From Mizuhopecten yessoensis (lineage: Eukaryota): a stretch of 64,000 nucleotides of DNA. The notes beneath the pieces were generated by a model that saw nothing but the letters and a program-made list of their open reading frames with translations, searched no databases and was not told the DNA's origin. This document shows, piece after piece, positions 1-12,400 of the stretch (positions within the stretch are counted from its first letter, which is position 1; every line of letters starts with the position of its first letter). The DNA lies in NCBI RefSeq assembly GCF_002113885.1, contig NW_018480043.1:200955-264954 (forward strand), written 5' to 3'. Made by a program: the position numbers and the translations under genes.

Positions 1-329
1 CAGGTGCAAGTTCTTGAAAGCCTAGGGTGTGTCAACATCTATTTGAGTGCGGTAATGTGTGTGGGTGGTAGGTAACGGTAATTTGATAGAAGTGCAGGTG
101 ATTGGGTGATGGTGTGACACAGATATATGGTTGATGTAATAGTTTGTGATTACTGATATGTGGTTATGATTTAGATTTGTACAGAGGTTGGTCTACAGTA
201 GGTGCGGTGTGTGTGTTAGTCTGTCCCAAGGCACAGATGATGGTAACGGATGATTGGTATATGGGAAGCTGGTATGACCTAGGTATGGATGGTTGAAATG
301 TGTGACCTACATGTGGAAATTGGGTGTGT

Positions 330-1155
330 TCTGTGTGTGGATGGTGGGTTTGATCTAGGTATGGATGGTGGGTGTAACCTATATGAATGGTGGGTGTGAC
401 CTATGTGTTGATGGTGGTTGTGACCTATGGATGGATGGAGGGTGTTACCTATGTGTGGATGATGGTTGTGATCTATGTTTGGTTGGTGGGTGTGTTGATT
501 GTGGGTGTGACCTATGTGTGGATGGTGGGTGTGACCTACAGTTTATGTGTGGATGGAGGGTGTGACCGGTGTGTGGATGGTGGATATGACTTACATGTGG
601 ATGGTGGGTGTGACCCATGTGTGGATGTGACCTATGTGTGGATGGTGGGTGAGACCTATGTGTTGATGGTTTGTGTGACCTATGTGTGGATGGTGGGTGA
701 TACCTATGTGTTGATGGTCGTTGTGACCTATGGATGGATGGAGGGTGTTACCTATGTGTGGATGATGGTTGTGATCTATGTTTGGTTGGTGGGTGTGTTG
801 ATTGTGGGTGTGACCTATATGGATGGTGGGTGTGACCTATGTGTGGATGGTGGGTGTGACCTACAGTTTATGTGTGGATGGAGGGTGTGACCGGTGTGTG
901 GATGGTGGATATGACTTACATGTGGATGGTGTGTGTGTGGATGGTGGGTGTGACTAAAGTGTGGATGATGGATGTGACCTATATGTATGTGTGGATGGTG
1001 GGTGTGACCCATGTGTGGATGTGACCTATGTGTGGATGGTGGGCGAGACCTATGTGTTGATGGTTTGTGTGACCTATGCGTGGATGGTGGGTGAGACCTA
1101 TGTGTTGATGGTTTGTGTGACCTATGTCAGTATGGGTGGATGGTGGGTGTGACCT
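330..1155. repeat. GT-rich minisatellite, ~24-bp unit (GTGTGGATGGTGGGTGTGACCTAT) with a ~300-bp higher-order duplication
   Basis: The unit recurs throughout, and a variant block at ~400-650 reappears from ~700. It probably lies in the 5'UTR intron of the phosphatase gene. Confidence 0.9.
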
Positions 1156-1486
1156 GAATGGTGGATATAACTTAGGTAAAGTCTACATGGCTGATGGGTG
1201 TGACTGACATATTGATGGTGGTTGTGAATTATATATGGATTGTTGATGTTAGCTAAGGTATGGATGATGGGTATGGATGACTTTGGGTATGTAGCTTTAG
1301 ATGTCTGTTTGATCAGTGTCTTCATGTTTAAAATTTTAATTTAAAAAATATCATAAGCTTTTTGAAAGATTAAAAATACTCTGTTTCCTTATATAACATA
1401 TATATAGCAGTATTTCAGACAAATTAATGGTGAGTTGTGCTGATTCAGTAGCCAATGTCTGTATTGACCATTCTGTTGTGTTGTAG

Positions 1487-2236
1487 ATGACTGGACGATT
1501 GCTGCTGGCTTTTGACTTTGACCACACAATGGTTGAAGAGAACAGTGACCTATGGGTGAAACGGCTGGCCCCAGGGGGAGAACTTCCCCAGGAGATTGAG
1601 GACAAATACAGTAATGATGGCTGGACAGATTACATGGCCACCATCTTTGAGTTCCTCCACGGCACTGGTATAAGACAGCCTGACTTCAAACAATGTCTCG
1701 CAGAGATCCCACTGACTGTTGGGTTTAAACATCTACTCGAGCATGTTCATAAACAGGGACATGAATGCATCATCATTTCAGACTCCAACTCCACCTTTAT
1801 AAGATATCTCTTAGAACAAAACAATCTGGAAAATATGATTTCTAAAGTGTACACTAACCCAGCGAAGTTTGATGAGGAGGGCTGCCTTAGAATTGACTTT
1901 TACCACCACCAGGACTGGTGTGACCTCAGCACTGTGAACTTGTGTAAGGGTCACATCCTCACCGAACACATCAGGGAACAGGCTGAACAAGGACGTACCT
2001 ACAGTCATGTGCTGTACGTCGGGGACGGCTCCAATGACCTCTGTCCCTCCCTGACCTTGTCAGACAAGGATTATGCCTGCCCAAGGGTTAATCTTAGTAT
2101 GTGGAAGAAGATTAATGCCATTCTCGCTGGTGACGACAATTATAAACAGTACAGTCTGAAAGCTAATGTACTGGAATGGGAATCTGGAGCAGACATTTTG
2201 AAACTAGTCAAAGAACTGGAATCTGGAAAGTCATGA
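1487..2236 (+). CDS. PHOSPHO2: PHOSPHO1/PHOSPHO2-family HAD phosphatase (pyridoxal phosphate / phosphoethanolamine phosphatase-like), single coding exon, 249 aa
   Basis: HAD motif I FDFDHT, motif II ISDSN, motif III NLCKG and motif IV YVGDGSND are present. The ATG directly follows a splice acceptor (ttctgttgtgttgtag|ATG). PHOSPHO1 versus PHOSPHO2 orthology cannot be resolved by eye. Confidence 0.88.
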   Translation: MTGRLLLAFDFDHTMVEENSDLWVKRLAPGGELPQEIEDKYSNDGWTDYMATIFEFLHGTGIRQPDFKQCLAEIPLTVGFKHLLEHVHKQGHECIIISDSNSTFIRYLLEQNNLENMISKVYTNPAKFDEEGCLRIDFYHHQDWCDLSTVNLCKGHILTEHIREQAEQGRTYSHVLYVGDGSNDLCPSLTLSDKDYACPRVNLSMWKKINAILAGDDNYKQYSLKANVLEWESGADILKLVKELESGKS

Positions 2237-2980
2237 TCATGATTTTTCTGTTCTCTTGTTTTTGACCTTTAATTATGACAGACAAAATGACTGTTTCCAT
2301 GATCACGAGTCTGATATTATACAGAATTAAACAAGAATACAAAAATACCTGTCCAATTTAATTAGAATTTGATCTTAATATACATGTCCAACATGATTAT
2401 AGGCATAAGCTGATCTAAATGCACCCGTATTATATGATAAAAAGCAGACCTTTCAATGACATATTTAACACTCAGCTGTGGTATCATGTGACCTGTAACT
2501 ACAATACCTAGGCAGCTAGGGCTCAGCTAGTGCACATGTCAAAGATGCAGAATTTCATTGATATTTTACACTTGAGTGATTAAGAACTAAACGGTTATCT
2601 TTTGTCATTTGTCGGTTACTGTAAAAGTTAATTTAGACAGCTATATTGATGAATTTAACATATATTTTACACAAGATTGCATTCTTCAGGAATAATTGGT
2701 GAAAATACTAATAATGTTAATACCTTTGCTTTATTCATACATGTATTTTGGTTTGATTGATGTAAGAAACATTAATAATATGAAACGTGGTGCTCTGTAG
2801 CAATCATAGTGAGGTATGCTACATGAATTGTAACCAGGGTGTCATGACTTGTATACTGAGCAAGGGATATCAATGATGACAATTATTATTATTTCTCCTT
2901 GTTGCAATGTTAATCAAATTCAGATCTTCACATTGCTCCTGTTAAGTGTTATGCCAAGTACGTGACATATTAGTAAAATA

Positions 2981-3064
2981 AAATCTATGCATCGCTCCCA
3001 TTTACTGATATGTCACCGTCTCACGTACATGGCATATCCCTAAATGGGAGCTATGCATAGATTT
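2981..3064. mobile_element. Small hairpin / MITE-like inverted repeat
   Basis: AAATCTATGCATcGCTCCCATTTA (2981) pairs with TAAATGGGAGCTATGCATAGATTT (3041-3064) at 23/24, with an inner stem gatatgtca/tggcatatc. No clear TSD. Confidence 0.6.
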
Positions 3065-3329
3065 AACCCCGGTACTAAGATTGTCCTTGTTGAATTATAT
3101 ACATCTGTAATTTACTGAATATCTAGTCGAACATCCAGAACATCTACCACAATGAAGGCCTATTGTAATATAGAATTTATATACATCTACTGCAAAGATA
3201 ACGCAAAGCGTGACATTATCCCCCACGCCCCGCTGCTTAAAAGAAAGACACACAATCATATTTAAATATATATTTGTTAATATTACAATAACTGAAGTAT
3301 TAACTCCATTCCACCACTCAGTTACTGAT

Positions 3330-4025
3330 ATTTTGATGTAGATCAAAAAAGGCTTGATAAGAGCACTAGCTTCATAAGTGTACAAAACTTCCTGTATACA
3401 TCTTGAATGCAAACGGCTCCAATAGAGTGCTAGGTTGATAAGTGTACAAGTTAAATTTCAATTTGTTATTTTTAATAGTTTTAAGATCATGCTAATCAGA
3501 AACCTCAAATTTCATATTATTGCCTTTTTCCATGGCAACAGAAAAAAAAAATCCAAAATAAGAACTCCTCCAGTAGCAAAATGCACCAAGAGAGTGCTAG
3601 CTTGTACAAAGTGGACAAAGTTTCAGGAACATGTAGTTCTATCTTGAAAGGTTTTGACATTTTACTCTGGAAGCAGCAACATTTGTAGTTTTGCCTATCT
3701 TTTTCCATGGCAACATTTTAAAAAAAAATGAGAACTCCTCCATAGCAAAAGTCACTACCAGAATGCTAGCTTGATAGTTATACAAAGTTTCAGATAGTTA
3801 TCATTGGAGTCATAATCCATTCAACTGAAATTTGTAATTTGGCCTATCTGTTACCATGGTAACAGAAAAAGTATTCAAATGGGGAACTTCTCCATAGCAA
3901 AAGGTACTACTAGAGTACTAGCTTGACAACTGTACAAAATTTTGAGTAGTTACCTTGAACGGTTTCAGGGTCCTTTCGGAAAAAACATATGCACGGAGTC
4001 GCACAGACACCGACACATTTCTTAA
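3330..4025. repeat. Degenerate ~170-190-bp tandem units inside an interspersed repeat
   Basis: The blocks 'gagtgctagcttg..tacaaagtttcag', 'ccatggcaac' and 'gaactcctcca.tagcaaaa' recur 3-4 times. Confidence 0.6.
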
Positions 4026-4274
4026 GCTATAATGATTGGGTTTACCAAACAACTGTTGTTGTACATTTTACATGGGTATCAATATCTGACATGTGTTAAC
4101 TAATTATTAAGGTAATTATGGCCCTTTGCATACTTCATGCAAGCATTAACAACTTGTTTAGACAGATGTTTTTCCGTCTGATTTCCTTCAAATTTGCTAA
4201 GATTCAATATTGTTATTATAGTAGCTGTATATCTGGATATCAATACCTTACAGGACCTTTTTACATGTAGACAT

Positions 4275-5332
4275 ACGCGCAACGGGAGATCAGGGATATA
4301 CACTAATCCCGTAGCTGGAGTGCGCAATGGGCGATCAGGGATATACACTAATCCCGTAGCTTGAGTGCGCAATGGGAGATCAGGGATAGACACCAATCCT
4401 GTAGCTGGAGTGCGCAATGGGGGATCAGGGATATACACTAACCCCGTAGCTGGAGGGCGCAATGTGATATCAGGGATATACACTAATCCTGTAGCTGGAG
4501 GGCGCAATGGGAGATCAGGGATATACATGTACACTAATCCCGTAGCTGGAGTGCGAAATGGGAGGTCAGGGATATACACTAACCCCGTAGCTGGAGTGCT
4601 CAATGTGATATCAGGGATATACACTAATCCTGTAGCTGGAGTGGGTAATGGGAGATCAGGATATACACTAATCCTGTAGCTGGAGTGCATAATGGGAGAT
4701 CAGGGATATACACTAATACTATAGCTGGAGTGCGCAATGTGAGATCAGGGATATACACTAATCCCGTAGCTGGATTGCGCAATGGGAGATCAGGGATATA
4801 CATGTACACTAATCCCGTAGCTGGAGTGCGTAATGGGAGATCAGGGATATACACTAAGCCCGTAGCTGGAGTGCGTAATGGGAGATCAGGGATATACACT
4901 AATCACGTAGCTGGAGTGCGCAATGGGAGATCAGGGATATACACTAACCCCGTAGCTGGAGTGCGCAATGTGATATCAGGGATATACACTAATCCTGTAG
5001 CTGGAGTGCGTAATGGGAGATCAGGATATACACTAATCCTGTAGCTGGAGTGCGCAATGGGAGATCAGGGATATACATGTACACTAATCCCGTAGCTGGA
5101 GTGCGCAATGGGAGATCAGGGATATACACTAATCCTGTAGCTGGAGTGCATAATGGGAGATCAGGGATATACACTAATCCTGTAGCTGGAGTGCGCAATG
5201 GGAGATCAGGGATATACACTAATCCCATAGCTGGAGTGTGCAATGGGAGATCAGGGATATACACTAATCCCGTAGCTGGAGTGCGCAATGGGAGATCAGG
5301 GATATACACTAATCCTGTAGCTGGAGTGCGCT
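4275..5332. repeat. 45-bp minisatellite (GTAGCTGGAGTGCGCAATGGGAGATCAGGGATATACACTAATCCC), ~23 copies
   Basis: High-identity direct repeats; they produce the 15-aa periodic ORFs in the track. Confidence 0.95.
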
Positions 5333-5645
5333 GGAAACTCAAGTCCTCTAATGTTATTGCACTCAACCTTGTCCAGCAGTTTGTTCCAGTCAGCGGCAGT
5401 CTTTGGAAAAATTATATTTTTGTAGAGGTTTGTCTTGGATTGAATAATTTTGAAACTCTTAGTGTTATTTGTTGATCTCTTGCCTTTTGATGTGGTTTGA
5501 AGAGACCGTCACAGTCAGTAAAATGCTTGGCTTTCCTCAGCCGTTATAGGGGTTAGATGAGTATGACATGGTTGGCACTTGCCCCTCAATCGCACCTTGT
5601 AGAAGATTCCTTCCTATGGTTTCTGAGTGGTGGAAGATCTATCTG
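5333..5645 (-). mobile_element. Degenerate 3' fragment of a CR1/L2-type LINE ORF2
   Basis: Minus-strand translation includes FYKV and KSFKIIQSKTNLYKNIIFPKTAADWNKL, resembling the CR1-clade ORF2 C-terminal YKNSFFPRTxxDWNxL motif. The frame is broken. Confidence 0.6.
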
Positions 5646-7734
5646 TAACTACAGAGAGTAATTTCCATTTGTGTACTATATTCTACATGTATATATATAA
5701 ATATACCTTCATCAAGCTGTAACAGATTAATTTCCCTTTTGATAACATGATACGGAATAATTTCCAATATTGCATGGATGGAGGTCTTAATTAATTATTT
5801 ATTTACCTTGATTATGTACCATGATTTGTTACAGAGTAATTTCCATTGAAGTATTATGATCTATTACAGTGTAATTTCCATTTTAGTTACATGATATTTA
5901 CAGAGTAATTGCCCCTTGTGTAACAGGATCTAATACAGTGTAATTTCCCTTTGGGTATATATATCCACTTTCATAATTTATTAGATAAGACATATTACTA
6001 GAATTAGTTATGTAGCTTTGCTGTATTCTTATTGGCAGCCATTAATGAAGATATTTTTTTTTCCAAATTAATTTGAATTTACCACTGCATAATGGGTTTT
6101 TGTGATACATTTAATGAAATACAAAATGACGGCACAATTTGGAATAAATATTTATGTGAAACCAGATGTATGTAGCTTGTTTTTAAACTGCATTATCAGT
6201 ATTATAGTAATGTATCAATAATATCAATATGACACCAGGTACATGTATACATTATCAATATTATAGTGATGTATCAATAATATCACTATGACACCAGGTA
6301 CATGTATACATTATCAGTATTATAGTGATGTATCAATATTACACCAGGTACTTACATGTGTACATGGAGCTTAGTTTGACACTCTAGGGCTGATATTCAT
6401 AATAAAGCTCAGAGGACAAATAAATATGTTTATTCACAACATAGGTCATTGGACCCGAATAATCTGCTTGTTTGGAATTAAATAATTTGCTAAACTTGTT
6501 TGGAATTATATAATCTGGTAAACTTGTTTGGAATTAAATAATCTGCTAAACTTGTTTGGAGTTAAATAATCTGCTAAAAGTTTGTACAGTAATGAAGTGT
6601 GAACGAGGACCCATTTTACCTGAATTTTTTAACTAAATACTCTGTTAAATGATTGTACAGCAATGAGGGTCAGGGAAACCCAATAATCTGTTCAGAACAC
6701 ACAGGACTTCTGTTGTCTCTCATGGGACTGAAATAATCTTTTGCAAAACAAAGTTTGTTTCTTAAATTTCTCTTCACCAACAGGGAAACCAGAGTTCACA
6801 ATTTGATTTGTTACCACATTCGTTGTTCTTTCAGTGATAAATAAGATTACCAAATTGTATCTACAATACACAAAACAAAAATTCTAATGGTGTTTGTGAG
6901 AATGAAAGACTCATTTAATCAATACACAACAGCAAGGTTTACGAGTTAACAAATCAAGGTACAGTATGCTACAAAAATTACAATATATATCAACAAAACC
7001 ACAATTGGCTCTAATTTCTTGAGAAATAAACTTATGTTCAGCATGAAGTTTACCACAATTTTTGGTTTGTATTGGTGTGGTTTTTAAAAAAAAAAATTGA
7101 AATCAAATAACATCAACAAAGAAATAAATAGTTCATAATCCTTATTGTTAAAAATATTTATTGGGGTTTTCTAGATTCCCAAGTGATTTAAAAACGATTT
7201 TTGTTTTTTTAATTTGAGTGAAACATTTTGTTTGTAAGTTTTATGTTTTCATGATTTATGATTTATTTCTTTTTTTTCTTCATAAAACGTGATCAGAAGT
7301 GTTAATGAAATGAAAAATCAAGATAAAATCAAAAAAACATTCAGGACCCCAGTGTTTACCTGGTATCTTCTCAAAACTGTATTTGGTTGTACAGGACTCC
7401 TATAACAGCAGATGCAATGATCTGTATGTCAGTGTGTGATCAAAGTAGTGGAATTTCATGTTTAGGATATTTTTTGACAATGTGTTATTAATCACACTTC
7501 AATATACAATGATCAAGATGTAAAAGTACAGGTGTGGAATCGTGCTGCATTGAAAACGCCTTGGGTCAACTACTCCACCATATTGGTTTGATTTTAGGAC
7601 TCCCATGTTACCATGTCCTGCTGTACATTTCCATCCGGGTCAACAAGAGTCATTTTTTTATATACGTGTAATTACTTATATTATTTTTGTCAAAGGAGTT
7701 TCATTTTAAATTCATACAAATTATATTTATTGAC

Positions 7735-7774
<40 letters not shown>

Positions 7775-9498
7775 ACGGTCAAATTTAATGTCCGAATAAA
7801 TATCACAGTAACCTATCTGTTATCACAGGATGTCAGATATACACATACTTTTGAATAAGGAAAAACAATGTATTATCATCACATAAAATGCACAGAGTAA
7901 AGCACTGAAAAACACCTAATATTGAAGACAACATACACTGTTTCTGGCTGCTGAATCCCAGAAAAAACCCCAGATAGATTGCGGTCCATGCCTACAAGGG
8001 AACCTCCTCCCTTAACTCCCCAATGTACTATACTTATCAGTGAAAGTAATTGCTGTTCCCACCGACAGAATCTCTATTCTGGAAGTGGGGTGTGGAGGTC
8101 GGGCTTGCTCGAAAATCTTACACAAATGAACTCTTGAAACTTGCAGTATTAGAACTTAGTTTATATAGCTTGTATGCATCTGGCAATAAGCCCATGCTTG
8201 GTAATAAGCCCACCCATGTCAAATACAGTCCAGTAGAAATGCTAACAAATGGTGTTTCATTGTCCTGCAATAAGCCCACCCCTACTCCGAGTTAGAGTTA
8301 ATGTTCCTTGGCTTATAGCAGGAGAAATATGGTATACAGATTGATGTATATATATATATTATATGTAAAACCATGTGTTATAATAAATACTTTCTATATA
8401 AAGTCAGGCACATTATTTGTAGATATATATTTTGGTTTATAATCAAAGAGTAAATTAATTTGAATTGTAAATGATAACTTAACCACAGATCATATAACTG
8501 ACCTATTATAGAAGTTTGCTATATATTAAAATGTATGCATATACCAAAATGGATATGTTACATACAGCCATGATCTAGTTCAGTTTGAATTTGAAATAAA
8601 TTGGCAATAAGCAGTATGCTGGGCTGTCCATGCACTGAAAAGATTTGATTCCTATCAGCATATATACTTTAATCCTTTGATTTGTTGTATGTTATATTTG
8701 ATTTGGTGAATCACTCTCAATGATCAACTGTGAGATTAGTGTTATTATTACTTGTTAGTTAGAAGCCATTACCATCATGCTATTTCCTTAGTAGGAGTGT
8801 CACAGTCTGGTGTAGTGTATTTGGCTTTCCACCATCATAAACATTTCCATTACATTTGTTCACAGTGATAAGTGACACAGCACTACAGACATATTGTGGT
8901 GGAAGGACAATATACATATAATTATTCATTTGATCTCATTGGAGCAGCTACTACGAATTTCAAAAGATTACTGAAATTCCTCTTATTTCTAACTAAATCT
9001 AATTTTTCTAATATGAACTATTACTTGTCATTAGTTATGAAGTCACTGTCATCGTTTTCAGTGACTAAATAGCTGTCACATGTCACTAATTATTATATGT
9101 TACATTTCACAAATAGTAAAAGTCAATGATCAGATCTATACGATTGTCTAGATGAACGTTAATGGGCATTTTAAACATAAAAATAAGCTAAAATATAAAC
9201 AGACAACTGCACTAGTACTTCTGACTGTCCAGCAGAGGAATTGTTTGTGAATGGGATCATCCCACCACATACTAAAACCATGGCTCAGCAAAAAATATCT
9301 ACAATCAATTTCAACCATTTTTGTAATAAAAACAAAATATTGCTGATCAAACAAAACTTGAACATTAACAAAATCAAAAAAAATCAGAAGAGTGTCTTCA
9401 GAACTAAGTCACAGTGACCTTTTAACAAAGGTCGTCCAATGTCCTTGTGATGGAAGTCACCTTGTCACTGTAACAGATGACCTATCACCCTTGACCTT

Positions 9499-12400
9499 TT
9501 ACTTTCTGGGGAGTCCAGCTTGAGGTGGGTAAGGTGAGTACTGTAAAAGAAATGTCACACATTCAGATAACTCTTGACTGTAGATTTAGACAAATTTGCG
9601 GATAGAAAGGAAAGGGGTTATACTAAAGGATAGGGTTATACTAAAGCATAGGGTTATACTAGCCAGTATTGTAACTGTGGATGGATTTTTTCTGGTTTTC
9701 TGGTAATAAATAAATTCCTCTCAATTAGGCATAATCTTTGTTCCAGTATATTTAAATGGTAACAGTCATTTCACAACATTTATTTCATTCTGTGTTAACT
9801 TGAAAATAATAAATCTACAAAATGTAATGTAAAACTATTTCGCATATCCACAGTTTTTCAGTATGTATTTCCAAACACACTCCACATTTTTCTTTTTTAA
9901 TCACTTAACTAAAACATATTATTGACCTAACAACACCATATCTTAATACACCCTAAAAGTTGTTACTATCTGTTTATGTCGTCAAGGAATTATATAAACA
10001 TCTAACAATACAGTAGTGACTTTGTGATACTTACGATGAGTCGGACACCAAACTGTCCGTGGTCACCACCTCCTGTGGCGAGGGCAGACTTGAGTTGTCC
10101 TGAGGGAATCACACCAACATACTGTCCACCCACCTTCTTAGACATGATGGTGACAAACTGTCTACCAGCCAAGGACAGCTGTAGAAGTGTCTCCACACCA
10201 TGCACGGCTCCTGGGGGCTATTAACAGACAAACAACTAAATATAGCGTATCCACACCATGAACGGCTCCCGGGGGCTATTAACAGACAAACAACTAAATA
10301 TAGCGTATCCACACCATACACGGCTCCTGGGGGCTATTTACATAAAAACAACTAAATATAGTGTATCCACACCATGAACGGCTCATGGGGGCTATTAACA
10401 GACAAACAACTAAATATAGCGTATCCACACCATGAACGGCTCATGGGGGCTATTAACAGACAAACAACTAAATATAGCGTATCCACACCATGAACGGCTC
10501 CTGGGGGCTATTAACAGACAAACAACTAAATATAGCGTATCCACACCATGAACGGCTCCTGGGGGCTATTTACATATAAACAACTAAATATAGTGTATCC
10601 ACACCATGAACGGCTCCTGGGGGCTATTAACAGACAAACAACTAAATATAGCGTATCCACACCATGAACGGCTCCTGGGGGCTATTTACATATAAACAAC
10701 TAAATATAGTGTATCCACACCATGAACGGCTCCTGGGGGCTATTAACAGACAAACAACTAAAAATAGCGTATCCACACCATGCACGGGTACTGGGGGCTA
10801 TTAACAGACAAACAACTAAATATAGCGTATCCACACCATGAACGGCTATGCATGGCTCCTGGGGGCTATTAACAGATAAACAACTAAATATAGCGTATCC
10901 ACACCATGCATGGCTCCTGGGGACTATTAACAGATAAACAACTAAATATAGCGTATCCACACCATGAACGGCTCCTGGGGGCTATTTACATATGAACAAA
11001 TAAATATAGCGTATCCACACCATGAATGGCTCCTGGGGGCTATTAACAGATAAACAACTAAATATAGCGTATCCACACCATGCATGGCTCCTGGGGGCTA
11101 TTAACAGATAAACAACTAAATATAGCGTATCCACACCATGCATGGCTCCTGGGGACTATTAACAGATAAACAACTAAATATAGCGTATCCACACCATGAA
11201 CGGCTCCTGGGGGCTATTTACATATGAACAAATAAATATAGCGTATCCACACCATGAATGGCTCCTGGGGGCTATTAACAGATAAACAACTAAATATAGC
11301 GTATCCACACCATGCATGGCTCCTGGGGGCTATTTACATATAAACAAATAAATATAGCATATCCACACCATGAACGGGTCATGGGGGCTATTAACAAACA
11401 AACAACTAAATATAGTGTATCCACACCATGCACGGGTACTGGGGGCTATTTACATATGAACAATTAAATATAGTGTATCCACACCATGAACGGCTCATGG
11501 GGGCTATTAACAGACAAACAACTAAATATAGCATATCCACACCATGAACGGCTTATGGGGGCTATTAACAAACAAACAACTAAATATAGTGTATCCACAC
11601 CATGAACGGGTCCAGGGGGCTATTAACAGACAAACAACTAAATATAGCGTATCCACACCATTCAAGGCTCCTGGGGGCTATTAACAGACAAACAACTAAA
11701 TATAGCGTATCCACACCATAAACGGCTCATGGGGGCTATTAACAGACAAACAACTAAATATAGTGTATCCACACGATGCAAGGCTCCTGGGGGCTATGAA
11801 CAGACAACCAACTAAATATAGCGTATCCACACCATGAACGGCTCCTGGGGGCTATTTACATATAAACAAATAAATAAAGTGTATCCACACCATGCATGGC
11901 TCCTGGGGGCTATTAACAGATAAACAAATAAATATAGCGTATCCACACCATGCATGGCTCCCGGGGGCTATTTACATATGAACAACTAAATATAGCGTAT
12001 CCACACCATTCAAGGCTCCTGGGGGCTATGAGCAGACAACCAACTAAATATAGCGTATCCACACCATTCAAGGCTCCTGGGGGCTATTAACAGACAAACA
12101 ACTAAATATAGCGTATCCACACCATGAACGGCTCCTGGGGGCTATTTACATATGAACAACTAAATATAGTGTATCCACACCATTCAAGGCTCCTGGGGGC
12201 TATGAACAAACAAACAACTAAATATAGCGTATCCACACCATGAACGGCTCCCGGGGGCTATTTACATATAAACAAATAAATATAGTGTATCCACAACATT
12301 CAAGGCTCCTGGGGGCTATGAACAGACAACCGACTAAATATAGCGTATCCACATGATGCACAGCTCCTGGGGGCTATTTTCATATAAACAAATAAATATA

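Noticed and set aside
365-1152. Cys/Gly-rich or hydrophobic periodic ORFs that look metallothionein-like
   Set aside because: They are translations of the 24-bp minisatellite in several frames and both strands, with indel-broken frames.
4100-5475. 15-aa repeat ORFs (PATGLVYIPDLPLRT / NGRSGIYTNPVAGVR)
   Set aside because: A by-product of a 45-bp unit that is open on both strands; 1-bp indels break the frames and there is no splice or start context.
7740-7772. A ~33-nt poly(A) tract as a possible retrocopy tail
   Set aside because: No recognisable upstream retroelement, ORF or TSD.
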